Source of the DNA: Promethearchaeia archaeon
GTDB lineage: Archaea > Asgardarchaeota > Lokiarchaeia > Sigyniarchaeales > SOKP01
Assembly: GCA_029856145.1 (NCBI GenBank)
Contig: JAHQWK010000012.1
Span: forward strand, 115,714 to 179,713
Direction: 5' to 3'
DNA length: 64,000 nt
The stretch's first letter is position 1; the number at the start of each line of letters is the position of its first letter. Below the pieces are notes generated by a model, which saw only the letters and a program-made list of their open reading frames with translations, was not told where the DNA came from and did no database searches. Below, piece by piece: positions 29,077 to 39,501 of this stretch. Both the position numbers and the translations under genes were made by a program.

Positions 29077-32000
29077 ATGATATCTAATGAAAAAAAGAAT
29101 AATCCTAATTTTAAGAAAATTCTTCCCTTTTTGATGGAAACAATTGATGATTTAATTATTATTGCTTCATCAAATAATTCTTTCGAAATTGAACAACTTT
29201 ATGAATGTAGGTTTTTAGATCAATTAGGATATTCGAATAATAAACTAATTGGAACATCACTATTGAAATTATTTCATTTTGGGGATGAAATTACACGAAA
29301 GGATTTTATACAGTTAATAAAGCAAGAAAAAAGTACGCAAAATATTCAGATTATCAAAAAAAATGGGAACTTAATCTGGACTGAATTAAACATTAAAAAA
29401 TTCAACGAGAAAAAAAGCCAAGAAAAATACGTTTTCAAATTACGAAATATTTCAGAATTAAAAGAATTAGAATCAAAATTGGAAGAATCAGAAAAAAATC
29501 TCAAAAAGATTGCCAAGGTAGTTCCTGAAGTTAGAACTTGGGATTTATTCACACCAAAAATATATGATAAAGCCTTACACATCTCATCTGAAAAGCTCCG
29601 TCAAAATGAAGCCAAATTTCATACAGCAATAGAGAGCTTGCCATTTGGTTTCTTTATGATAAATAAAGATGGTTATTATGTGATGCAAAATACAGTTTGT
29701 AAGGAGAATTGGGGAAACATTATCGGAAAACGCCCAGAGGATGTAGCTAATAGTAAGGACACTTTAGCAATATGGAAAGAAAATAATTTAAGAGCTTTTT
29801 CTGGAGAAATTGTCAAATCTGAAATTGAACTTAAAATAAACGAGAGGATACAATATTTCTACAATATAATCACACCAGTTTATATAGATGACAAAATAGA
29901 ATATATTCAGGGAGTTAACATTGATACAACAGATCGTAAAATTGCAGACCAAAAGCTAAAAGAATCAGAAGAAAGATATCGATTAATTTATGAAAATACT
30001 AATGACCTAATTAGAGTCTTTAATAACAATTTTGAATTTGAATACCTTAATGAAAAAGTCCATAAACGAGTTTTGGAGTATTCAATCGAGGAGCTAGCCA
30101 ATATGGATCCAATATCACTTTTTCACCCAGAAGATCGAAAACATGCAATTAATAGATTAAGTAAAATCCTGAGAAAAGGGGAGGGATCTTATGAAGCAAG
30201 ATTCAAGCATAAGGATGGACATTATAAATGGTTAGAATTATCAGCTAAAAATTTTGTAGATAGTAAAGGAAATAAAAAGATTCTTTCAATTGGTAGAGAT
30301 ATTACTGACCGCAAAATCATTGAACAAAGAATAAAAGAATCTGAAGAAAAATATAGAACGATTGCAGATCAATCAATATTAGGCATAACAATATTTCAAG
30401 ATGATGCAGTTAAATATATTAATCAAAGAGGAGCAGATTTGTTAGGATATACAGTTGAAGAGATAACGAAATGGAGCTCGAATGAATACGCAAGTAGTAT
30501 TCATCCTGAAGATAGGCAATTAGTTGTTGAACAGGTAAGGAAGAAACAATTAAGAGATCCTAATGTAATAACTCATTATCAATTTAGATGTCTTACGAAA
30601 ACAGGTGAAACTATATGGGTTGATAATTATTCAAAAACTATCGATTATGAAGGTAGACCAGCTGATTTTGTAGCAGTAATTGATATTACGGGAATGAAAA
30701 AAGCCCAACAAGCATTAAAAGAATCTGAGGAAAAATTCCACAATATTTTAGAAACATCTTCAGTTGGAGTAATGGAACTTGATGTTGTCAAGAAAAAATT
30801 ATTATATATTAACCCGAAATTGTTGAATATAATTGGGTATAAAAAAGAAGAGATAACAGAAGATCTTTTCCGCAGCAATCTTATTCATCCAAAAGATTTA
30901 AACAAACTTTTAATGACAAATGAGGAATCAGAATTAGAATTTCGAATCATTGATAAACAGGGAAAATTAAAATGGTTAGCGGGAAAGAGAATTCCTCATT
31001 TTAATGAAAATGGAGAAATTTCTAGTATTAGAATATGGTTAGACGATATAACAGAAAAAAAGATGTATGAAAACTTAATTTATGAATTAAATATTAATTT
31101 TCTCAATTTCACAACTGATATTCGGAATAATATCGATTTACTCTTAAATACTTGCTTGAATTTACTAGATGGAGACTTGATATTATACATACATAAAATA
31201 ATATCTGATGATAAAGAAAATTACCAAATAATATCATCTGATGAAACTTATATTTATAATTCAAAAGATATCAATCAACTCTTTCTTAGTGGTTTATTCT
31301 ATGAAGAACACGATTTTCCTCAAACTTTTTTTGATATTGATAGAATGAAATATGCAAAAACGGATCCATTCATTATAGAGCATAAATTTAAAGGCAGTTT
31401 TGGAAAAGTAATTAAGTCAAACGAAGGCTTTAATAGCGCTGTATGTATTTTTTATAAAAATAATCCTATTATTAGTGGGGAAGATAATTTAGTTTTATTT
31501 TTAATTTGCGATGCACTTGAAATAGAGCAAAGACGTTGGCAAGTACAGAAAGATTTAGAAAAACAAAACATAACATTGAATAAAATAAATAAGTTAAAAT
31601 CCGAGTTATTTTCAAGAACATCACATGAATTGAAAACACCTTTAATTTCGGTTAAGGGCTTTACAGAACTTTTATTAACGCTTTATAAATCTAAATTGGA
31701 CCCCGAAATTATTTCAATTTTAGAGGAAATTAGTGATGGAAGTAAACGTCTTGAAAAAATAATTAATTTGCTTTTGGATAGTACAAAATTAGAAGCAGGT
31801 CAATTATCCTTGAATCTACAAGATGAAAATTTAACCTTTTTAATCAAGTTTTGTGTTAAAGAACTCCAAGGTTTAGCTAAATTAAGAGATCAAACTATTT
31901 CTCTTAATTTACAAGATAAGTTAGAAACAAAATTTGATAAAGAGAGGATTTACGAAGTGATTTCAAACCTATTAGTAAATGCAATTAAATATACTCCTCC

Positions 32001-32286
32001 CGGAGGGAAAATAACAATTGAATCCAAGAAAAATGAAGAATCATATGAAATTTCAATTAAAGATAATGGAATTGGATTTACCGAAGAAGAAAAAAATCAA
32101 GTTTTCAGACAGTTTGGGAAAATTGAACGATATGGACAAGGCTGGGATATTGCTGCTGATGGTACAGGTCTAGGACTATATATTACAAAAAGCCTTGTAG
32201 AATTACATGGAGGAAAAATTTGGATTGAATCTGAAGGAAGAAATAAAGGAACTACATTCCATTTTTCCTTACCGATATTAAAATAA
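29077..32286 (+). CDS. Soluble multi-PAS sensor histidine kinase
   Basis: Repeated PAS/PAC units (HPED...DIT.RK...ESEEKY), SHELKTPL, NAIKYT, DNGIG, GTGLGL. Confidence 0.94.
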   Translation: MISNEKKNNPNFKKILPFLMETIDDLIIIASSNNSFEIEQLYECRFLDQLGYSNNKLIGTSLLKLFHFGDEITRKDFIQLIKQEKSTQNIQIIKKNGNLIWTELNIKKFNEKKSQEKYVFKLRNISELKELESKLEESEKNLKKIAKVVPEVRTWDLFTPKIYDKALHISSEKLRQNEAKFHTAIESLPFGFFMINKDGYYVMQNTVCKENWGNIIGKRPEDVANSKDTLAIWKENNLRAFSGEIVKSEIELKINERIQYFYNIITPVYIDDKIEYIQGVNIDTTDRKIADQKLKESEERYRLIYENTNDLIRVFNNNFEFEYLNEKVHKRVLEYSIEELANMDPISLFHPEDRKHAINRLSKILRKGEGSYEARFKHKDGHYKWLELSAKNFVDSKGNKKILSIGRDITDRKIIEQRIKESEEKYRTIADQSILGITIFQDDAVKYINQRGADLLGYTVEEITKWSSNEYASSIHPEDRQLVVEQVRKKQLRDPNVITHYQFRCLTKTGETIWVDNYSKTIDYEGRPADFVAVIDITGMKKAQQALKESEEKFHNILETSSVGVMELDVVKKKLLYINPKLLNIIGYKKEEITEDLFRSNLIHPKDLNKLLMTNEESELEFRIIDKQGKLKWLAGKRIPHFNENGEISSIRIWLDDITEKKMYENLIYELNINFLNFTTDIRNNIDLLLNTCLNLLDGDLILYIHKIISDDKENYQIISSDETYIYNSKDINQLFLSGLFYEEHDFPQTFFDIDRMKYAKTDPFIIEHKFKGSFGKVIKSNEGFNSAVCIFYKNNPIISGEDNLVLFLICDALEIEQRRWQVQKDLEKQNITLNKINKLKSELFSRTSHELKTPLISVKGFTELLLTLYKSKLDPEIISILEEISDGSKRLEKIINLLLDSTKLEAGQLSLNLQDENLTFLIKFCVKELQGLAKLRDQTISLNLQDKLETKFDKERIYEVISNLLVNAIKYTPPGGKITIESKKNEESYEISIKDNGIGFTEEEKNQVFRQFGKIERYGQGWDIAADGTGLGLYITKSLVELHGGKIWIESEGRNKGTTFHFSLPILK

Positions 32287-32559
32287 TTCAATTATAAATA
32301 ACGTTCTCATTTTTCCCTAAATTTTTTTTAAATTACGATTTATTAATTGATTTAAACATTAACTAAAAGCTAAACAACATTTAGATTTTTTATCTTTGAT
32401 TTTAATTTATTATAAAATTGTACGAAATTTATGAATTAAGTATTAAGTCTATAGAAGAAATGGACTCCTAATTTTTTATTAAAGACTTTAAATAATATTA
32501 AAACAAAAGAGTTAATCTTAAAATTTTTAATCAAACTAAAAATGGATTAGATCAAAAAA

Positions 32560-32784
32560 ATGAAAGAATTGGGAGAAAATGGAGAACTTGAAGAAATACC
32601 AGAAATTAAGAAGTACTTTTCAAGAATCTATACGACTTTATCTAAAGATATTAGGGAAAAATTAAGGGATTTAGATCTATCAAAGGAAAAGAAAAAAAAG
32701 ATAAAAAAAGAATTAGCATTCTTAACAAAAGATAAACAAATTGAGTATTTAGATGAATTAATTCAACTGAATAATCATGGATAA
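32560..32784 (+). CDS. Small charged hypothetical protein
   Basis: 74-aa helical Lys/Glu-rich ORF. Confidence 0.5.
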   Translation: MKELGENGELEEIPEIKKYFSRIYTTLSKDIREKLRDLDLSKEKKKKIKKELAFLTKDKQIEYLDELIQLNNHG

Positions 32785-33053
32785 ATTTTTGCTAAATTTC
32801 TAACCTCTTTTTAGTTTAGCTAAAATGCTAAAATGTTGAGCATTTTTTACTTATAAAAATGTAAAATATAAGAAATAACTGTTCTTTTAGATTTAGTTAT
32901 GAATTATCGATAACAAATTTTTTTAAGAAATATACTTTTTTCTTTTTAAGATTATCAATTAATTTGTTTGATCAAACACATAAAAGCAAACACCTTGTTT
33001 TTTTACAAAATTGCAAATCAATTTTTAAATCATATGCGAGATTCGAAAGAATT

Positions 33054-33656
33054 ATGAGCGAAAATGTGGAGAAATATATAAAAAGAAAAGTCTATAAGTC
33101 TACAAGTTCAAGAATTGCACAAAAGTTTGTTGATGCGGGATTAGAAAAAATAAGAGCATGTATCAACTGTGGAACTTGTACCGGAAGTTGTCCAAGTGGA
33201 CATCGAACAGCATTTAGGACTCGTTCTGCGATTCGCCGAGCTCTTACAGGAGATGAAAGCGTATTGAGCGATATAGATATTTGGCTTTGCTCTACTTGCT
33301 ATTATTGCTACGAACGTTGCCCAAGGGACATTCCTGTGACAGATATGATAATAAAATTAAGAAATATAGCAGTTGAAGAGGGATATATTTTAGATACACA
33401 TTTTACGCTAGCTAAAGATATTTTTTATGCTACTGGGCATGGTGTACCCGCAACTGGCGAAAATAATAAAAAATGGAGAGATTTAAGAAAATCCTATGGA
33501 TTGCCACCATTACCACCAACAGTTCATTCCTACCCTGAAGCTGTTAAGGAGTGCCAAGAATTGATGGATGCTGTAGGATTTAAAAAATTATTGGATAATG
33601 CAGAAAAATTAAAAAAAGAGAGAGCAAATGCAAAGAAAAAAGATAAGGAGGAATAA
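33054..33656 (+). CDS. hdrC: Heterodisulfide reductase subunit C
   Basis: CINCGTCTGSCP, CSTCYYCYERCPR. ATG 33054 preferred over TTG 32964. Confidence 0.93.
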   Translation: MSENVEKYIKRKVYKSTSSRIAQKFVDAGLEKIRACINCGTCTGSCPSGHRTAFRTRSAIRRALTGDESVLSDIDIWLCSTCYYCYERCPRDIPVTDMIIKLRNIAVEEGYILDTHFTLAKDIFYATGHGVPATGENNKKWRDLRKSYGLPPLPPTVHSYPEAVKECQELMDAVGFKKLLDNAEKLKKERANAKKKDKEE

Positions 33657-33658
33657 TT

Positions 33659-34609
33659 ATGGCTGAAGATTATAAATGGCGATATGGATTTTTTTTAGGA
33701 TGTGTAATTCCTAACCGTTACCCTATGATTGAAGCCTCAATTAGAAGTGTTTTCGACCATCTCGGTGCTGAGCTTTTAGATTTACCGGGGGCTTCATGTT
33801 GTCCCGCACCTGGTGTTTTTAGAGCATTTCATATACCAACTTGGCTTGTTATTGCTGCAAGAAATATCTCTATCTCAGAAGGATTAGGAGTAAGTCCAAT
33901 TACCGGTTGTAATGGTTGTTATGGAACTCTCAGAGATGCCTGGTATGAACTTGAACATGAATATGAATTAAAAAAAGAAGTTAATGAATATCTTGCTAAA
34001 ATTGGTCGAACGTATAAAGGCAATCTGGAACCAAAACATGTGGTTCAAGCTTTCTATCTTGATATGGGATTAGATCATTTAAAAGATTATATTAAACTTA
34101 AATTTTCAGATTTAAAAGTAGCTGTACATTATGGGTGCCATATTGTAAAACCAAGTGATAAAAGACCTTGGAATGGTGAATATGAAGCTCCTAGATTTCT
34201 TGATGAGATTGTTGAAATCACAGGAGCAAAAAGTATTGATTATAAAGATAAATATATGTGTTGTGGAGCTGGTGGAGCTGTCAGAACTGCTGTTAAAGAA
34301 GTTGCAGCAGATTTTACACGAGAGAAATTAGTGAATATGAGAGAGGCGGGAGTCGATATTATTATTAACTGCTGTCCTTTCTGTCATCTTCAATTAGACC
34401 TAGGCCAATTAGAGGTAAATAATTTTTATGGAGATATAATTGGAGAACCATTTCACATTCCCGTAATATATATAACTCAACTCTTAGGAGTTGCGTTTGG
34501 CATGGATCCGAATTTATTAGGGTTAATTAAGAATCATGAATTGCAAGGCGTTTCTCCCTTTATTTCTGTAGATCCATTCTTGAATATTGTTAAAGACCAA
34601 TTAATTTAG
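33659..34609 (+). CDS. hdrB: Heterodisulfide reductase subunit B
   Basis: FLGC..PNRYP, SCCPAPG, HYGCH, CCGAGG, CPFCHLQ. Confidence 0.95.
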   Translation: MAEDYKWRYGFFLGCVIPNRYPMIEASIRSVFDHLGAELLDLPGASCCPAPGVFRAFHIPTWLVIAARNISISEGLGVSPITGCNGCYGTLRDAWYELEHEYELKKEVNEYLAKIGRTYKGNLEPKHVVQAFYLDMGLDHLKDYIKLKFSDLKVAVHYGCHIVKPSDKRPWNGEYEAPRFLDEIVEITGAKSIDYKDKYMCCGAGGAVRTAVKEVAADFTREKLVNMREAGVDIIINCCPFCHLQLDLGQLEVNNFYGDIIGEPFHIPVIYITQLLGVAFGMDPNLLGLIKNHELQGVSPFISVDPFLNIVKDQLI

Positions 34610-34623
34610 ATAGAAGTGAATAA

Positions 34624-36621
34624 ATGACAGAAACGAAAAAAAATATTGACATTACCGGCAATGAAAGACCTAAGATTGGAGTTTATGTATGTCATTGCGG
34701 GATAAATATTGGTGGTGTAGTCTCAGTTCCTGATTTAGTAGATTATGCTAAAACTCAACCTAATGTTGAAATTGCCCGAGAATATAAATTCTTTTGTTCT
34801 GATGTAGGTCAGAAAATGATTAAAGAAGATATTGAAGCGGGATTGGTGAATAGAGTTATTGTTGCAGCATGCTCTCCCAGAATGCATGAACCTACTTTTA
34901 GAATAGCATGCAAGGAAGCAGGATTAAACCAATTTTTATTTGAGATGGCTAATATTCGAGAACACTCTACTTGGGTCCATATGAGGGAACCGGAAGGAGC
35001 TTATGAAACTGCTAAGGACCATATTAGGATGGCTATTGCAAAAGCAAGAGAATTAGTACCGCTTGAAGTTCAAAAAGTAAAAGTTGAACCCTCTTGTTTA
35101 ATAATTGGTGGAGGTATTGCAGGAATGAATGCAGCATTAGATCTTGCAAATAGTGGTTATAAAGTGTATCTTGTTGAAAAAACTCCTACCATTGGCGGAC
35201 ATATGGCTCAACTTGATAAAACATTTCCTACAATGGATTGTAGTAGTTGCATTCTTACTCCAAAAATGTCTGAAGTTTCACGTGAAAAGAATATAGAACT
35301 CTTAACCTATTCTGAAGTAGTAGAGGTTTCAGGGTACATAGGTAATTTTGAAGCTACAATCTTAAAAAAACCACATTATGTGGATCAAGTAAAATGTACT
35401 GGATGTGGAATTTGTGTAGATTACTGTCCTGTAACTGTTGGAAATGAGTTTGAACTTGGTTTAGGAACAAGAAAAGCAATATATATTCCATTTCCCCAAG
35501 CTATTCCCGGACAATATACAATAGACATGGATCACTGTATTGAATGTGGAATTTGTGCAAGACTAGATGTATGTGAACCAGAAGCTATAATTTATGATGA
35601 TAAACCAGAATATTTGAAAGTTAAAGTAGGAACTATTATTGTAGCAACAGGATGGGATTTATTTGACCCAACAGAGTTAAAACAATATGGGTATGGAAGA
35701 TATACAAATGTTATTACAGGTTTTCAAATGGAGCGTTTATTAAGTTCTTTTGGACCAGTAATTGGCAAACCAGTTAGACCTTCAGACCTTAAAGAGCCAC
35801 ATAGCATTGCTTTCCTTCAATGTGTTGGAAGTAGGAATTTTAGAGAAGGAGGTAATCAATATTGCTCTCGAGTCTGTTGTATGTATGCAACAAAACAAGC
35901 AAGGCAGTATAAAGAAAAGCATCCTGATGCTGACGTGTATATATTCTATATGGATGTTCGAGCTTTTGGAAAAGGATATGAGGAATTTTACGAATCTGCT
36001 GGTCGAAATTATGGAATAAATTATGTGAGAGGTAGAATTGCAGAGGTTACTGAAGATGAAGATCATAATATTATTATTCGATCTGAAGACACATTACTTC
36101 AGCAACCAGTTGAATTAAAAGTTGACTTATTTATATTATCTTGCGGCTTAGAACCAAGAGCAGATGCAGATATCATAACTTCTCTATTAAGAATTCAAAG
36201 ATCAGCTGATGGATTCTTTTTAGAAGCACATCCAAAATTAAGACCCGTTGATACTTTAACAGATGGGATTTTTATTGCGGGAGCCGCTCAAGGACCAAAA
36301 GATATTCCAGATGCTGTAGCTCAAGCTAAAGGAGCAGCATCTAGTGCGGCTGTATTAATGGCTAAAGGTGAAGTAGAAATAGAACCATTTTTTGGTATTG
36401 TTCATCCTGAAAGATGTATTGGATGTGGTATGTGTGTTGAGAATTGTGCTTATGGAGCAATTGAGCTTGTTGAGGACCGATGGTTTGGAACTGTAGCCAA
36501 AATCAATGAAGCACTCTGTAAAGGGTGTGGTGCTTGCTCAGGAAATTGTAGATGTTCAGCAATAGACATTAAAGGGTTTACAGCTGAACAAATTTACTCA
36601 ATAATCACAGGAAGGCTATAA
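34624..36621 (+). CDS. hdrA: Heterodisulfide reductase subunit A (all-Cys form)
   Basis: CHCGINI, ACSP, GGGIAG, DKTFPTMDCSSC, CSRVCCMY, ferredoxin motifs. Confidence 0.96.
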   Translation: MTETKKNIDITGNERPKIGVYVCHCGINIGGVVSVPDLVDYAKTQPNVEIAREYKFFCSDVGQKMIKEDIEAGLVNRVIVAACSPRMHEPTFRIACKEAGLNQFLFEMANIREHSTWVHMREPEGAYETAKDHIRMAIAKARELVPLEVQKVKVEPSCLIIGGGIAGMNAALDLANSGYKVYLVEKTPTIGGHMAQLDKTFPTMDCSSCILTPKMSEVSREKNIELLTYSEVVEVSGYIGNFEATILKKPHYVDQVKCTGCGICVDYCPVTVGNEFELGLGTRKAIYIPFPQAIPGQYTIDMDHCIECGICARLDVCEPEAIIYDDKPEYLKVKVGTIIVATGWDLFDPTELKQYGYGRYTNVITGFQMERLLSSFGPVIGKPVRPSDLKEPHSIAFLQCVGSRNFREGGNQYCSRVCCMYATKQARQYKEKHPDADVYIFYMDVRAFGKGYEEFYESAGRNYGINYVRGRIAEVTEDEDHNIIIRSEDTLLQQPVELKVDLFILSCGLEPRADADIITSLLRIQRSADGFFLEAHPKLRPVDTLTDGIFIAGAAQGPKDIPDAVAQAKGAASSAAVLMAKGEVEIEPFFGIVHPERCIGCGMCVENCAYGAIELVEDRWFGTVAKINEALCKGCGACSGNCRCSAIDIKGFTAEQIYSIITGRL

Positions 36622-36799
36622 AAAACAATATTCAAATTGTTTTTCAAAATCCATTAATATTAATTTTTATATTTCCAGCCAAATGTAGAATGATAGATTC
36701 TATAATTGATAAATTATAAGAAATATTTTTATTGAATGTAGACATATTTGTAAATACCGTTAATTTCAAAATGAAATCTAAAATAAAATTTGAGGTGTT

Positions 36800-37096
36800 G
36801 TGAATATGCCAAAATTTATTGTTGTACATTCTGTACCTAGAGATGCTTTAGAAAAAATGGCCGAAATTCCCCCTGAGGAAAACAAAATGATTATTAATAT
36901 AAGAAAAGCTGGTAATTATGATGCTTATTGGATAAGAACTTGGGCAGTACTAGACCATGAAAAGTTATATTGTGAATGGAATGCAAAAGATGCTGAATCA
37001 ATCCGTAAAATATGGGATGAAAATGTCAAAGGAATAGGAATTGATTCCATTGCTGAAATGCAAATTGTCGAAGGTGAAGATTATCGAGAAAAATAA
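36800..37096 (+). CDS. DUF4242-like (SCO4226 nickel-binding-like) protein
   Basis: MPKFIVVH...WIRTW...LYCEWNAKDAESI. Start is probably ATG 36806. Confidence 0.6.
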   Translation: MNMPKFIVVHSVPRDALEKMAEIPPEENKMIINIRKAGNYDAYWIRTWAVLDHEKLYCEWNAKDAESIRKIWDENVKGIGIDSIAEMQIVEGEDYREK

Positions 37097-37192
37097 AGAT
37101 TTAAAACCTATAAGTTTTAACTCATTTTTTTATTAATTAATTTTCTCAATAAACATAAAGCAATTAATAAATACAATATTCTGTATTTATCT

Positions 37193-37819
37193 ATGATCGA
37201 TAAATGGCTTTCAAAAACTAAATTTAAAGTATTAGTTGAAAAATTAGTCAAGCGATTATTTTATAAAAAAATTTCAGCTAATCAAATTACCGTTTTAGCT
37301 TTAATTTTGGGACTATTGAGTTCTTTATCTATTTTTTTAAGTGGAATAATGGTATGGAAAATTCAATTAATTATATGTGCTGCAATTTTAATGGTTATAT
37401 CCTTTTTCTTTGATGCTTTAGACGGAGCATTAGCAAGGTTAGATAAACCTACTACTTTTGGAGGCATTTTGGATATTTTTAGTGATAGAACTGTTGAAGT
37501 AGTCATTATTATATCTCTTATCTCTACTGACCCTTTGACTTTAATGTGGCCAGGAATTTTTTCCCTTGGAGCAATAGTACTATGTATTTCAATGTTTTTA
37601 TTGATAGGAGGGGCTTTAAAAGAAGATGAATTAGACGAATTGAAAAAAGTAATATATTATCGCCATGGACTTATGGAACGTTCAGAAACTTTTTTGTTTC
37701 TTTTCTGCATTACTCTTCTAATTTCATTACGTTTTCTATTATTATGGATTTTTGCAGGATTAGTATTCTTTACAGCAGTTTTCAGACTAAGAGATGCATA
37801 TATCCTTTTAAACTCTTAA
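37193..37819 (+). CDS. CDP-alcohol phosphatidyltransferase family protein
   Basis: ANQIT, DALDGALAR...GGILD..SDR. Confidence 0.9.
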   Translation: MIDKWLSKTKFKVLVEKLVKRLFYKKISANQITVLALILGLLSSLSIFLSGIMVWKIQLIICAAILMVISFFFDALDGALARLDKPTTFGGILDIFSDRTVEVVIIISLISTDPLTLMWPGIFSLGAIVLCISMFLLIGGALKEDELDELKKVIYYRHGLMERSETFLFLFCITLLISLRFLLLWIFAGLVFFTAVFRLRDAYILLNS

Positions 37820-37894
37820 GATAATCTTAGAAATAAAATTAATTCATAATATATTATAATAATCTTTTAAAATCTAAAAATTATAATTATCATT

Positions 37895-39133
37895 ATGAGT
37901 TCTCAAAGTCCAGAAGACATTCTTGATATAATCCTCCAAGAAAATAAAGGTAAATTTGGCTTAATTTGCCTAAACTGTTTGATAGTAAGATCACGATTTA
38001 AAGAATTAGAGAATTTTGTGGAAACCGATAGGATTCCAATTCCACAAGGAGAAGACCTAACAAAATTAGATTATCTAGACCATATCAGTATCCATTTCTA
38101 TAAGAAATACAAAGATATTGCGGAACTTCAAAAATTATATCCTACTTGCCTTGCATTCATCGCGGATATGCTCTTTAAAGATGATAAAATTAAAAAATAT
38201 TTGTCTAGATTTGATTTCATAGCAAAACATGAATTAATAGATGTGTTTGCTGATTATTGCGCTGATTTGGGGATAGATGTATATGATACTTCTAATATTG
38301 ACGAAACTAAATATAAAATAGATTTATATTTAGCAAAAAAAAAACCTCTATTAAGAACTGAAGCTGTTTTTGTGCGAACAGGTCCTCAAATGACAGAGGA
38401 AGAATATAAGAATACATTCTACCTTTTAAATGAAGCATCAAAAATTGCAACTTGGACAGTATTTGTCACAACACCAAGAGGAGTTTATAATATCGGTTTA
38501 GAAAGACTAATTTCAGATATGGAAAAATTAAATGTTTGGTTGTACGTTGTTGATCCTATTCATCAGAGAGTACTAGGAATTACCAAAGGTAAGAAATCTA
38601 AAGATCATGATATAGAAATTAGAGATGATTATATTAAGAAACTTCCACGTGAGCCAATAAGAGCCCAATCCAGAATAACAAAAATTTCTAATTATGAGTT
38701 TAATGAGTCAGATTCATATAATCCAAAAAAATTTGTTTTATATGAAATTTTACCAAAAGAAGAAGCACTAGAACGAGAAAAATCATTAGTAAGAAAGACA
38801 AGATACAGAGATAATTTTAGAACATTAATAATTATTGATAAAATATCTGGCCTACCTTTAATTAACTATGCACGTGAAGATTTAAAGGTAGATCAAGAGC
38901 TAGTGTCTGGATTCTTAAGTGCTATGGACTCTTTTGTGTCTGAAATCAGTGGAGCAGAAGGAATGGAGGAAATCAAATACAAAGGGTTTTATATACACGC
39001 TGTTTATGGACAATGGATTAAATTAGCATTATTTCTTTCAGCTCCCGCAGAAAAAGGGTTAAAGGAGAGGTTGGCTTACTTTTTACAGGATTTTGAAGAA
39101 CGTTATAGTGAGGAAATAAATAAATTCCTTTAA
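37895..39133 (+). CDS. Uncharacterised protein with C-terminal longin-like domain
   Basis: IIDKISGLPL...LVSGFLSAMDSFVSEI...FLQDFEERY; possible premature TAA. Confidence 0.65.
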   Translation: MSSQSPEDILDIILQENKGKFGLICLNCLIVRSRFKELENFVETDRIPIPQGEDLTKLDYLDHISIHFYKKYKDIAELQKLYPTCLAFIADMLFKDDKIKKYLSRFDFIAKHELIDVFADYCADLGIDVYDTSNIDETKYKIDLYLAKKKPLLRTEAVFVRTGPQMTEEEYKNTFYLLNEASKIATWTVFVTTPRGVYNIGLERLISDMEKLNVWLYVVDPIHQRVLGITKGKKSKDHDIEIRDDYIKKLPREPIRAQSRITKISNYEFNESDSYNPKKFVLYEILPKEEALEREKSLVRKTRYRDNFRTLIIIDKISGLPLINYAREDLKVDQELVSGFLSAMDSFVSEISGAEGMEEIKYKGFYIHAVYGQWIKLALFLSAPAEKGLKERLAYFLQDFEERYSEEINKFL

Positions 39134-39501
39134 ACAAGTAGAATAACTTATTTTGATTCAGAAAAAATAATTCCAGACATAAAAGATATACTCGATGTAT
39201 AATTTAAATAAGTTTTATTGCTATTTACTCAAGTATTTAAATTGGTTGGTTTCTAAAAAATGTATGATTAAATAAAGTTCAAATTATTAATTAAAATCAA
39301 TAATTCTTAGAAGTTTATAATAATCTTTTTATATAATTATTGTGCAATCGATTATTATTGTATTTTCTTCTATGAGATTAATTTTTTTAAAAGTTTTTTT
39401 CAAATGTTTATTGATAACCATATAAATTAATTAACACATGGATATATAAAGGATTATTCTTGTTAATATTACGGTAATCGTTTTACCCCACAATCTTATT
39501 C

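Noticed and set aside
32964-33053. N-terminal extension of HdrC from TTG 32964
   Set aside because: Looks like promoter/UTR sequence; ATG 33054 gives a normal-length HdrC.
34624-36621. Possible selenocysteine in HdrA
   Set aside because: The frame is uninterrupted and TMDCSSC uses TGT/TGC codons.
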